A stretch of 31,342 nt of DNA. Source: Macrostomum lignano (Eukaryota). The notes beneath the pieces were generated by a model that had not been told where the DNA came from, ran no database searches, and saw only the letters and a list, made by a program, of their open reading frames with translations. How positions within the stretch are numbered: position 1 is the stretch's first letter; the number at the start of each line of letters is the position of its first letter. The stretch is from NCBI GenBank assembly GCA_002269645.1, contig NIVC01004922.1:1-31342 (forward strand), in the 5' to 3' direction. Positions 17,801-28,330 of the stretch are shown here, piece after piece. The position numbers were made by a program, and so were the translations under genes.

Positions 17801-20039
17801 AGAGGAATGTCATGCAAATGGCAGTTTGTCGGTAAACCTGGAATTCAAATCTCAGCTAACTTGATCTACTTGAACTTGACGTCAAACTCTGACTCTATTG
17901 CTTTGTACGAAGGGTCAGACGACACCGAATTAGTCACAATTCAAGGTGGCGCCACCACATGGCCTACAAAGTTTTTGTCTGTGTCAAACATCTTGACAGT
18001 GGTTTTCACCACTGGAAATGCTGCTGGAAGTAGTAACAAAGGACTTGGTTTTCGGTTGCAGTACAGCGTTGGTAATAGTGTTGGTGCGTTAAAATGTATT
18101 GCTTAATGTTCTCTGAGATATGGTGAGTGCTACGATGCATTATTCAATCGTAACTAATGCTCCTGAAATAAATGTATCCGCAGAAGCAGCAACAACCAGT
18201 TCAAAACAGACTTCCTCAAGCACTGCACGCGCTGTTGTCAGCAGTCCAAGTTCGCCAGCAACTGCAAAAATCGTATCAGATACCAGCTCTGCTTTGGAGT
18301 CGACAACAACTGGTAAACTGTCACAAACTGGTAGGCAATTCATTTCAAACAATTTCTGTTTACGTTCTCTGCAATACGGTAAGTGTCACGACGGATTACT
18401 TGTAGCGAATGTTCTTGAAATATCCACAGAACCAGCAACAACTAGTTCGAAACAGACTTCATCAAGTACAGCGCGCACTGTTGTCAGCAGCTCAAGTTCG
18501 CCGGCAACTACAAAAATCGTATCAGATACCAGCTCTGCTCCGGAGTCGACAACAACTGGCAAACGGTCACAAACGGGTAGGAAATTACTTTTAAATATTC
18601 TTTTTGTTTAAGTTCTCTTCAAGATGGTGAGCGTTACAATGTATTACCCGCAACAAATGTTATTCACATATCTGAAGAACCGACAGCAACCAGTTCAAAG
18701 CAGACGTCAGCAACCACAGCGCGCGCTGTTGTCAGCAGCCCAAGTTCGCCAGCAACTGCAAAAATTGTATCAGATACCAGCTCTGCTCCGGAGTCGGCAG
18801 CAACTGGCGAACTGTCACAAACGGGTAGGAAATTACTTTTAAATATTCTTTTTGTTTAAGTTCTCTTCAAGATGGTGAGCGTTACAATGTATTACCCGCA
18901 ACAAATGTTATTCACATATCTGAAGAACCGACAGCAACCAGTTCAAAGCAGACGTCAGCAACCACAGCGCGCGCTGTTGTCAGCAGCCCAAGTTCGCCAG
19001 CAACTGCAAAAATTGTATCAGATACCAGCTCTGCTCCGGAGTCGGCAGCAACTGGCGAACTGTCACAAACGGGTAGGAAATTACTTTTAAATATTCTTTT
19101 TGTTTAAGTTCTCTTCAAGATGGTGAGCGTTACAATGTATTACCCGCAACAAATGTTATTGACATATCTGCAGAACCGACAGCAACCAGTTCAAAGCAGA
19201 CGTCAGCAACCACAGCGCGCGCTGTTGTCAGCAGCCCAAGTTCGCCAGCAACTGCAAAAATTGTATCAGATACCAGCTCTGCTCCGGAGTCGACAACAAC
19301 TGGCAAACGGTCACAAACGGGTGGGAGATTCATTTCAAACAAAATCCATTAAAGTGAAAAGATTTTAATGTTTGCGTACATGCACACTCCTATATAGGGT
19401 TTTTATTTTTTGGTAAATATCTTTGCAAAATTACACAAATCGATTCATTCCTGATTTTTCAGAGCCGACAGAATCTCTTCCGACTTATATTATCGCCTTA
19501 GCAATCGCTGTTCCCTCGGGTGCGATTGCATTTACTGCTGCAATAGTTGGAATTGTCATCCACAAGGTTTTGAGAAATTATGAAGTGATGCTTTAAGTTC
19601 ATTAGTAAATCAATTTTTTACACCATTTGACATTGTATATTGATCATTTCAGTATCTTCAGAACCTGAAGCGACCCAAAACTCACACAAATTCTTATACT
19701 GAGGTAAGAACCTTACAATGATTTCGGCTGTCGTGCATTCCCGCACTTCACTAAAATATCCTAAAAGAAACTACTTGAATTTTGTTTATCTTTAACAAAA
19801 ATTGCAGGGCAGCGCCGGTCCATATGCACCTGGGACAACGTCAGCGGGAGATTTAATTATCATAAAAATATTTCCTACATATTTTGTCATCTCGACCACG
19901 GCTTTCAGTAAAATCCTAAATATCATTCCTTCAGATTAAAGAGGACTACTATCTGGAAGCTGACAACGCTGCACAGAAGAATCCCAATGAGGACGACTAC
20001 TACGACTATATTGGCATGAATCCGCAAATAGACCCATAG
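11818..20039 (+). CDS. Gene 2: multi-CUB type I membrane receptor (signal peptide, 9 CUB, 5 mucin-like repeats, TM, Tyr-rich tail; about 1440 aa if CUB2 is repaired)
   Basis: Exons 11818-11836, 11927-12004 (signal MAYQERKIILWELGFVACALLIFLPKCSSQTA). CUB exons 12219-12581, 12738-13096, 13510-13857, 14312-14659, 14965-15351, 15436-15789, 15863-16213, 16471-16821, 17721-18071. Stalk exons 18184-18330, 18430-18576, 18678-18824, 18926-19072, 19174-19320. TM 19463-19566; tail 19653-19703, (19808-? uncertain), 19935-20039. All ectodomain exons are phase 1-1. Confidence 0.85.
12219..12581 (+). CDS. Gene 2 CUB1 exon
   Basis: YCSS...GEIASHSGVG..YSSNSQCYWQLDAPPGKRVIVWFTYMDLE..NDRVSLYDG...LTVNFYSN...GFRLEY; branch point ACTAAC at 12191. 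Confidence 0.9.
12738..13096 (+). pseudogene. Gene 2 CUB2 exon carrying a 13-nt frameshifting deletion
   Basis: Relative to paralog exon 30264-30638, TACGCCGCAAGCA is missing at about 12831. Exon length is 359 vs 375 (13 nt plus one 3-nt indel), and the ORF track splits it into two frames. Confidence 0.8.
13510..13857 (+). CDS. Gene 2 CUB3 exon
   Basis: CPDKRNLTNSTGEVVSH..YGNNAQCVWYITAPPGQQVWFWFSYFNL...VTFTT...GFRLHY; TTTCAG acceptor, GTAAGT donor. Confidence 0.9.
14312..14659 (+). CDS. Gene 2 CUB4 exon
   Basis: YLNNMSCYWHISVP..RIAFRFTYFN..NDRVTVFDG...VRFNTDSD..GYGF. Confidence 0.9.
14965..15351 (+). CDS. Gene 2 CUB5 exon (4-Cys type, similar to CUB2)
   Basis: TCG..SGVIESHKGY..YAPNLACLWTLP..NGDCL..YCN..FTTDN...GFSIQF. 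Confidence 0.88.
15436..15789 (+). CDS. Gene 2 CUB6 exon
   Basis: CNWQISVSPGKQV...YDRVTLYDG...MRVRFTTDATWHSYGFRMRY. Confidence 0.9.
15863..16213 (+). CDS. Gene 2 CUB7 exon
   Basis: YLRRMICYWTITAPLG...NDYVSISEG...LVYFTSG...GFGVKY; must use the second of two tandem AGs (TTCAGTTTCCAG) to stay in frame. Confidence 0.88.
16471..16821 (+). CDS. Gene 2 CUB8 exon
   Basis: GELVSH..SSDCYWVIRVSPSKRVVARFTFFNL..YDSVTLYDG...LTVYL...GIKMKY. Confidence 0.9.
16903..17650. other. Probable inserted element in the intron between CUB8 and CUB9
   Basis: About 750 bp, GC-richer and strongly pyrimidine-skewed; bounded by ACATGT at 16897-16902 and 17651-17656 (possible TSD). Confidence 0.3.
17721..18071 (+). CDS. 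Gene 2 CUB9 exon
   Basis: GEISSHQG..YIRGMSCKWQFVGKPG..YLNL..DSIALYEG...LTVVFTTG...GFRLQY. Confidence 0.9.
18095..19345 (+). repeat. Five tandem about 246-248-bp intron+exon units, each carrying a 147-nt Ser/Thr/Ala-rich stalk exon
   Basis: Unit peptide EPTATSSKQTSATTARAVVSSPSSPATAKIVSDTSSAPESxxTGxxSQT; units 3 and 4 appear identical; donors GTAGG/GTGGG; acceptors CAG (units 1, 2, 5) or GAAG (units 3, 4). Confidence 0.92.
19463..19566 (+). CDS. Gene 2 transmembrane exon
   Basis: EPTESLPTYIIALAIAVPSGAIAFTAAIVGIVIHK; phase 1 in, phase 0 out. Confidence 0.85.
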
Positions 20040-20948
20040 CTCAGCGCACATTGCTGCGCCTTGAGTAATATGAGATGCAAATCAACGACTGGAGTTTGCT
20101 CGGACTGTTTAAACGGAAACACTAAACTCGTTTTCAACTTTTTAGTTTCTACTCTAACTCAGGTTTGCAAGCAATATGGTGCCTCAAAACCGAAGTCTTT
20201 TATCTGCTTATTCGATAGAAAGAAATATTCTGCCATCGGCGCTACAGCTTAAAGTTTCCAACCAAGTTAATTGAGCAGCTAGCTAAGTTACTTTAGGTGG
20301 ATTCTAAATAATATTAAAATCATTGAGTCTTCTTTATTCCCTTGCGACCTTGAAAAAGTTACCTTCAGCAATCAGCACGATTTTTTTGTCTCAGTGGTCA
20401 CTTAATTAATATTGTTGAAATAACCTAAGTAGAAATAAGGGTTGTTGTAATCAAATTTTTGTCGGTTCTGACAGGCTCCTGCTACCCTTTCATAGCAGTT
20501 TGTAACCATTTCATAATAATCGTGATTTCTATTACAAGGACACGCGTTTTGTATTCACTATGCTATCGAATAAGTATTCCTAAGTACATTTTATTTCTGT
20601 CTGGAGTTTCTCGCCAATATGTTTCGATATTCAGACTTTTAATCTTTGTCTCATGCGGCTATGAGAGGTTTTCTTTACTATAAAGATGATTTCAAATGAA
20701 ATTTTTATTGAGCCTCTGATGCTTTCTTTCTTTTCAACTTATTCACGAAAGTTCAGAAACACTGCTATAGCTAGTATTGTGTAGTATAGAGAACATACAA
20801 TACGAACTGTTTCTTGTTAATACCGTATATGTCGTGTTTGCGTGTTTTTAAAAAAGTATTGCTTTTTATTTATTCCGTTATTCGCCTGAGGGCTTTAATT
20901 CAAGTGGAAATACAAATAAACTTTGAAAAATGGTATTAATACTTCTGA

Positions 20949-21257
20949 TCAACATAACAAAGAAGGCGTCTTTTTGGTAATACTAAAAATGTCTTCTGTA
21001 AGGTTTGCCCATTTTGCAGAGCAAGACGTGGCCATGGAGACGAGAAGACAATTTTCCGTGCACTTTTCAAGCTGTAGAATTGTGACAGCGGAGGGTTGGA
21101 GTTGGAGAGTCGGGAAGGAAATGGAGACGAAATTCCTCTCGTCCGCACTGTCCAACACCCCATACTGCATCAAATGCACTCTTCGGGACTCTAAACTCTC
21201 CCTGTCTGTACTCAGTGCCAGCCCCAAGTACACTAGACAGTACAAGACAGCAGTCAT
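20949..21257 (-). CDS. Possible small secreted protein (102 aa), head-to-head with gene 3
   Basis: N-terminus MTAVLYCLVYLGLALS looks like a signal peptide; RR and KK sites and Cys residues follow. No recognisable family; other frames are also open. Confidence 0.3.
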   Translation of the reverse strand: MTAVLYCLVYLGLALSTDRESLESRRVHLMQYGVLDSADERNFVSISFPTLQLQPSAVTILQLEKCTENCLLVSMATSCSAKWANLTEDIFSITKKTPSLLC

Positions 21258-21507
21258 CTACCTCAAATTCTCTGCGCCTCTGCTTGCTGAGTGACTATAA
21301 GCGCGATCTGTATTGTTTGTTCTCATGGACGCGCAGGGTACAAGGGAGGAGTAGCTGAGCTAGAAAGAGACAGAACTATGATATACGAGTATACGAGTAT
21401 AGATGCGCTTCAAGGTAGTTTGCAGCCAAAGTATTTCGGGTGAGACCACTTTGCCGCCGATGAACCTTTCCTTAATTTTTCGGGGTGATTTCTCAGTAGT
21501 TATGACA

Positions 21508-23081
21508 ATGATCGGTCGTATTAGTCAGCACCTGACGTTTTTGTTACTACTACTATTGGCAATTGGTGAGTTTTCTTGACATTTTGTCTATATTATATTT
21601 TGGGATGAACTTTTAAATTGGTCAAGCATTTAGCATTTTACATGTAGCTACAGCTAGTATATGAAGATCGGTTACATGCATATTGGGATTTTACCAGAGG
21701 ATTCTTTTAGCGATTAGACAAACCATGAGATAACGAATTTTAAAATGATAGCAGAATTTTTGTTTGGTTTTACATAAAACTACCGGATTCAGGTTGCGCT
21801 GCTGTCACCAAAAAGAATGGAGCAGACTGCAAAGCGAACACCTGCAAAAACGGCGGTACCTGCAACACATTCACGCCCAGTCCGCCGTGTATCTGCGTGC
21901 TGCCTTACATTGCGCCGAACTGCGCTACCGCCGCTGACTACTGCAAAACCCTGCAGCCTGACAAGAACATCACAGCGCTGCCTGTGTGCCAAAATGGAGG
22001 CGCCTGCACCCTGACTTACACCGATCCGTTCTTTAACTGTACCTGTCCACCTAATTTTTACGGTGAATATTCGGTTTTTCAACTACTATGCTTTAGTGCT
22101 TATTTATCTACATTATGGGGGTTTAACTTACACTCACGGTTCTAGCGGAAGATTTTGGTCTGCAATACAATGCAATGTTTGGACTCTTTTTTACAGCCGG
22201 TCCTTTTATATCTGCATTTTTTTATTTCAGGAATTCGATGTCAATTTAGAGTGACCACCTCTGCGCCAACAACCATAGAAATAACAACGGAGACCTACCA
22301 AGACGCCACCAGCTCCAGATACTCTGACGGAATCAACGCAACGCTGATGCCGAGTACCAAAAGTCCAGGTAAGAATTATGCTAGAAATCTGCATCTTTTG
22401 AGAAACTGCTGCGATCATGAACGGCCGCATTTCTTATACTTTTAGGCCCAGTCGACTCGAATCCGTTCGACAGCCTACTGGTGAAGTCCCTCGCCATTGG
22501 GATTCCATCCGCAATCGTTCTCGCACTGATCATTGCTGGCGTTATTGCTCTGATTGTGAAATGCCGCAACTGCGGAAAGGTAAAGTTACGTAATCATAGT
22601 AAATCATTAATATTAAAAGTTATATGCAAGTAACATTACGAAATGGAAATTCGTTTAGGGACCAACATGTAATTGCTTTTTAAAATACATTGGTGGATAG
22701 ACATTCCTCAGTTTTACAGAATTTAGTGAATCATGTCCCTAACAACTAGTATCTGCTCTCCAGGAGATCATTTGAAGAGCTCATACATGTATGCACCAGT
22801 TATTACGCCCTCTTTCTCTTAACTACGCACTTTAGATACTCGTATTTTAGTTTAAAATAGTAGTTAAGTAACATTTTACATGGTTCTGTGGTTGATTTAC
22901 TGAGCTAACTTTCATCAGTTAATTTAAAATTTAAGTATTTATTGTGCATATAGAATAGATAGTTCACTAAAACATTTCTAATGTGACATTCATTGAGAAA
23001 AATTTTAAAGCATGATTATCCGCACAAAAGCTTCCCTTCTATCTAATCTGATTCCAGGGCTCCGGAAGCAGATACGTTTAA
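21508..23081 (+). CDS. Gene 3: small type I membrane protein with two EGF-like domains (about 207 aa)
   Basis: Exons 21508-21565 (signal MIGRISQHLTFLLLLLLAIG; alternative ATG at 21502), 21793-22062 (CKANTCKNGGTC...CICVLPYIAPNC; CKTL...VCQNGGAC...NCTCPPNFYG), 22231-22368 (IRCQF plus Thr-rich stalk), 22446-22579 (TM SLAIGIPSAIVLALIIAGVIALIVK), 23058-23081 (GSGSRYV*; last exon less certain). Confidence 0.85.
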
Positions 23082-23811
23082 GGAGACGTCAGACCGAGTC
23101 GTTACTTGCAAATGAGGAATTAAAAACTGATGTTTTTGAAAACTATGAATTATAAAAATACGTTATTTTGAGGCAGGTATCTGACTTTAACTGATTTTAA
23201 ACCCCCTGCTCACTTTAGTAGGTTGGTTGGGTGCAAGTGCTCTGCGTGCGTGCAGAAATTTTATAAAAAACTATTAATGTAATTAAAACTGTCAACTTTG
23301 CTAAATCGACTACATTCCTATTTTATAGTCTGAATGGTTCTCTCTAACGCTTGTTTTGCTGGAAATCTCATTTTTCGGGTCTACTCTGCAAACAACAAAA
23401 AGCCAGCAACATTATTCGTTAATTTCATACCCAGCAGATATCAGAACTAGAAGCTATTGAAACGCCATAGTATATCTTAGATAGCAACAGGTAGCCAAAT
23501 GCCCACATATTTTTTTTAAATTAACGCATTGACTCTTTTTCAAACCGTTTTAAAATATTTTTGCTTCTATACAGTGTTTGCTCTCTGTTTTTAGCTGTAT
23601 TTATCTGCCTTAACATTGTTGTTCCATTCCTTGCAAACTTTGCAGCAATGCCTTTGATTGTAAACTGGAATCTCTGATTGAGTCAATAAACTGATTTGAT
23701 GTTCCGCATGCAACTGCGTCAATTTTTCCAGTAGATGATGGTTTTGTGCTGAAAAAGCTTGCAAGTATTCTGGGTGCCTTTATTTTAATAACGAGCTTTA
23801 GATCCAGTGGG

Positions 23812-23865
23812 TTAAGCACCAGGGGCTTTAGCACCAGGGGCGTTAGCACCAGGAGCTTTGGCACT
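23812..23865. repeat. Short degenerate third array of the 15-bp minisatellite
   Basis: GGGTTAAGCACCAGGGGCTTTAGCACCAGGGGCGTTAGCACCAGGAGCTTTGGCAC. Confidence 0.85.
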
Positions 23866-24249
23866 ACTTACAAGTGTGACTAACTATCTAACAAACTAAA
23901 TATTTAGAGATGACTTTGACCAATTCCATTCTAGAGAGATACAATTAGTGAAGTCACTTCTAGAGTCCAAGCAAAAGCGCAAATAGCAAGTGAAACTAAA
24001 ATACAAAGACTATAATTTCAGCCAATCTGCAGCGCATCAATTTCAAAGGGCCTGTCATCGCTCGCTCTCGCTTTGCTGTGTTTCGCAACAAAAGTGTTCT
24101 GAGTGACGGGTTGCGCAACTTTTCTTTCACAAAAACACAGTCACAAAATAAAAGAGACAAAGTCACAATCACAAAACACAGAACACAGAACACAGTTACA
24201 AAAACAAAAACAAAAACAAAAAACAGATAGTTTAGCTAAAATTAATTCA

Positions 24250-24593
24250 AAAGACAAACCAACAGCCCATACAATTGTCACTTTTTGGAATTTTTGGCAG
24301 CTGGCTCGCAGGGATCACAGTGACTCCCGGGCTAGCCATCACCAGCTCATTCGCCTTCGCTTTAGCACTTCTTTCGCTTTGCTGGTCTGCCTTGCGCTTT
24401 TGAAGCTGCTTACATTCGTTACGCAGATCTTCAATCTCTTGCTCACGGCTTTCAGTGGCCTCCGTGCGCTAAGCAGCAGTTGATTTGCCGCCCCTTTCTC
24501 TTTTAGCTTCACCTCTATCTCCTCCTTCTCAACCGGCTTCTCTTCCAGAATGTGCTTACAATAATCGGCGCCATTGTTACAAATTTTGTGCAT
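24250..24593 (-). pseudogene. Decayed coiled-coil-like coding remnant
   Basis: Two offset frames give CKHILEEKPVEKEEIEVKLKEKG and RTEATESREQEIEDLRNECKQLQKRKADQQSERSAKAKANELV; no family recognised. Confidence 0.35.
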
Positions 24594-24945
24594 TCGCGCC
24601 TGTCAGCACCAGATTCGCGACTGACACGAATTCGCGCCTCGCTTCGAACACTGCGCGTCAACAGGCTTCATCAGGACAGGTGATTTTCTACAGCGACAGC
24701 AGCTGTAGATCACCTTCAAAAACTTTTACCTGCCCGGTCACCGCCAGTGATCCTTGCCAACCCCGACTCTCTTCTTCTGACGGGAGCCGCTGCTCTGATC
24801 GATTTTTGCTCTCGGTTCTGCAGTCATTTTTTGATTGATTCCTTTTAATTTGCTTTGCATGCCCTGGGACCTGCTTCCGCATCCACCCTGTTTTCCAAGT
24901 GCCTTTTGGCTGCCAACCGAGCTGCTCCCTCTGGATTGTGTCACT

Positions 24946-25475
24946 TTCGCACCGGCGACGCTGCAGTCGAGGTACATGTAAAACATGTGGAGGGTGGGGC
25001 TCGCCTTCGGCAGCGAGACAAAGATCAAAGCTCTCTGAAGCCGACTCCAACTCAGATTTGCCAGTTCATCAGCTTTCTCATGCGCCATCGTCTGTCACAA
25101 CAATCAAACCTGCAGGCATGCATCAGCTCGATCGCCACTCTGCTGCGACTCCGCGACTCTCCGGTGACGACAGACTCGGGACTCGTGAGCCTGGCTTTTC
25201 AAAGCTGCGCTGGGCTCGAGTCATCTGCTGCGACTGCGGTGGCCTTGGAGCTGCTCTGTGGAGCCTCATCTTAGCCGGCTGCTGGGCGATGCTACGGGCG
25301 GCCAATCGTCAGCCGCTGTCAACCGGACGAACGTCGGCAAGGCGTTGCTGGTCAGCGATCTGCGCCTGGGCGTCAAGGAAGCCCGGATTCCGGTTCGCCT
25401 GTCCAAGACAAATCAGTTCGGCGAGCGCCGTCACGTTGTTATTCTGCCCTGCATCTGCAAGAATGCACCGCTGAG
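24946..25475 (+). pseudogene. Decayed tyrosine recombinase of DIRS/Ngaro-type (or Crypton-type) element, N-terminal half
   Basis: Across frameshifts and one stop: FAPATLQSRYMxNMWRVGLAF, PTPTQICQFISFLMRHRLSQQS.LQACISSIATLLRL, AGCWAMLRAAN (first catalytic Arg region), LLVSDLRL...IPVRLSKTNQFG...VILPC. HxxR and Tyr motifs not found downstream. Confidence 0.7.
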
Positions 25476-26069
25476 CTCCAAAATCATTTCAGCCGAACTC
25501 ACTAGACCAGGTGTCGCAAATTTTTTTACCTAAATGGCTAGATAGAGAATCGAGTGTATAACTGCGGGCCAGAGGAGGGGAGGGAGAAAAGATGAGAAGA
25601 AAGAATGGAGAGGAGAGGAGAGAAAGTAAAGAGATTATTGAAAGAAGAGAGCTGAGAAGAGACACTAAACTTGAGCTGGCCGGATTGCAATTGTGAAGTT
25701 TTCACGGACCCGAGGGCCAGATAGATAGGCTTTGCGGGCGGCATGCGGCAAGCAGGCCGGAGTTTGCCGACCCCTAAGCCTCACTATAGACATAGCTCCC
25801 CCTACACAGCCCCGGCATGTTTTCCAGCCTGCAGTTAGGAGAAGCTTGGATGAGCTTAACTGCAGGTCGTTTCCGGCGCGATTTGTCTTGCTCTTTCACT
25901 AGACTGGCCTTCTGTGAAACAACCTTTCAATGCACAGCCTGTGTTGAGGCGGTGCCAGCTACGCCAGGCGTGCATCAAAGCCATCGGCGACTGGAAGAGC
26001 GATGCGGTTCATTTCTATGAGGGCCAGCAGCCGCAGGTGGCCGGCAGTGCTGTTCACAAGTTCACTCGT

Positions 26070-26790
26070 CCACAAGTTTTGGTTTGCGCATAGTTTTGTT
26101 TTGTGCCACCTCTGTGGTCTAGCTCTTTCCTTTCCCCGCGGTTTAAGTAAAGTACACAGAGCTCTAATTAATAAGTCGGTCAAAGCCAACAAGTTAGTAC
26201 TGTATTTAATGAGCTTGTTGCATGCTGCATTCCAATGTAAGAATGTAAAGAATTTAAAGAATATAAAGAATGCTTATTTAAAGGAATGCAAAACCGGCAT
26301 GTTTCAGTCAGAAAAGCATGCAGTTTCCAGATAAAAATTTAAGCCTCTCTGTTGGTGTCAAGTAAATAAACCGTTTAAATTCTTTGCTCAGGTTATCCGC
26401 AACTTTTGTGAATATTATACAAGCTACATCTTTATTGGCTGTGCTCTTAACTGAGTCTTTTTAGAATTACGGATTCTGCTCCAAACTATTTTTTCATTTT
26501 CATAGAGCAAAAGCAAATTATACTCTCGTACCTTGTTTGCTTCTTGAGCACTCCTTGTGTTTGCGCTCAAAATCGGCTAAAATACGAGACCCCAGTGATC
26601 AAATGCCTTGAAACCACTTTGAAAAGTTCTTTCATCTCTTTCCTTCGACCCATTTGAAGATGCTTCGTTTAATTGTTTGAAAATTTCTGTGTAAGCCTGG
26701 TTGAGAGTAAAAGCATTGGTGCACGCTAGGAGAAGGCCTAGCATCCGTGTTTCTAATATTTTTTTTTCTATTTTGTTGAGTATAAAGCAA
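26070..26790. repeat. Upstream block B (orphan copy, no CUB gene follows)
   Basis: Colinear with about 27500-28245 throughout, most similar in the 3' half; ends just after TATAAAGCAAGCC at 26781. Confidence 0.88.
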
Positions 26791-27499
26791 GCCTTTCTTG
26801 CCACTGTGTTAATCGTAAGGGCATTTAAGATGGGGGTGAGATGGTTGGCTTGGTTGGGATGTGGTGCGTGCGACGTTGGTGTGTTGGGGGGCGGGCGCTA
26901 TTTAGTCCAGTCTCTGCTTTGTGACGATATCTGGTCCGAGTTCGCGTGCTGACGGGCTGCTATTAAAGTAGTGAGTAAACACACAGTTAGTGGTGACGAT
27001 AACTGACGGCGCCGATAATTCGATTACGGATTATGTATATTTGCAGGTTACACATGTAGTGGTTATTGCTGATGCTAACTGGTAACAAACAATTGCAGTG
27101 TCAATGGAATGGCTTCGAAGATGACCTTAGTGGGTAACACTACTAAATTGAAAGCGATCTTGAACTACTGTTTTTTCAGTGTTTACTAAAATCAATCAGT
27201 GTTTACTAAAATCAAATGACTGGCGATAGGAACAGCAGCCGCACACCACGCTCAGTCTTCTCCGAAGCCACAGAATTCAAAATGTTAAATATAACTATTT
27301 AATGCAGTAAAACAAAGCATTGCTTACTATTTTCAATAAACATAAAAGTGAAACCAATTGATATAAATAAAGTACATATTAAATATTTTTTAGTAGATAT
27401 TAATCGACGAACTGGGAGAATAAAAGAACCACCAACGTCACAGCTTGTGCTTAAATTTTTTTCTGTCGTTTTATCTTCGACCATTCAATGCTTAGCAAC

Positions 27500-28330
27500 A
27501 ATAAGTTTTGGATCGCACAGGGGTTTTGTTTCCGCCCACCTCTGGTCTTGCGCTTTTCCTTTCCCGCGGTCAAAGTAGAATTGCACCGAGCTTTGATTAT
27601 TAAGTCGGTCATGACCATCATGTTTGTACTGCATTTGATTAGTTTGCTGCTGCATGCTCGACCTTTATTTAAAAGGATGAGAAGCCGCCATGTTTCATTC
27701 AATAAAATATGCAGCTTTCAGAGACGACTTTAAAGTCTGTCTGTTGGTGTCAAGTTATTAATTAACCGTTTAAGTTCTTTGTTTCATCAGTTCACAACTT
27801 TTTATGAATATTATACAGACTATATCTTCAATGTATGTGCTCTTAATTCAGCAATGAGTCTGTTTAGAACTACGGATTCTGCTCAAAACAGTTTTCCAAG
27901 TTCATAAAGTTTAGCCTTGCAAAATGGTCTCAGTTTCGTAGAGCAATAACGAATTATACCCTGTTTGCTTCTTGAGCACTAGCTACTTGTGTTTGCGCTC
28001 TCAAAATGCTGCAACACGAGACCCACTAGCTATATACGAGTGAACAAATGCCGTGAAAACCCTTTGAAAAAATATCTCTTATCTTTTTCCATTCGACCCA
28101 TTTGAAGATGCTTCATTCAATTGTTTGTGAATTTCTGTGTAAACCCTGGGTAAGCCTGGGTAAGAGAAAAAGCATTGGTGCACGCCATGAGAAGGCTGGC
28201 CTAGCATCCGTGTTTCTAATATTTTTTTAGTATAAAGCAAGCCTTGTTGTGAGAAAATCTCTCAGAAGCAAGTGCAGCAGAATTTTCTTGGCGATTTCGA
28301 AGAATCCAGAGAGTTCTGAAATATTTTAAT
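27500..28330. repeat. Upstream block C, directly preceding gene 4
   Basis: Homologous to block B (26070-26790) and block A (11350-11817). Confidence 0.88.
28231..28236 (+). promoter_or_regulatory. Candidate TATA box of gene 4
   Basis: TATAAA 100 nt upstream of the ATG, about 30 nt before CTCTCAGAA; retained in block B at 26781-26786. Confidence 0.4.

Noticed and set aside
19808-19850. Definite tail exon GSAGPYAPGTTSA of gene 2
   Set aside because: Good acceptor but no in-phase GT donor found; left as optional since 19703 to 19935 splices in frame without it.
11818-20039. Naming gene 2 cubilin (CUBN), CDCP1, neuropilin or tolloid
   Set aside because: Architecture does not match: cubilin has EGFs, 27 CUBs and no TM; CDCP1 has 3 CUBs; no F5/8, MAM or protease domain is present. 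No symbol assigned.
20923-21294. 123-aa plus-strand ORF
   Set aside because: Starts at TTG, has no motifs and no splice link to neighbouring genes.
27177-27216. 20-bp tandem duplicate TCAGTGTTTACTAAAATCAA x2
   Set aside because: Simple local slippage duplication with no further structure.
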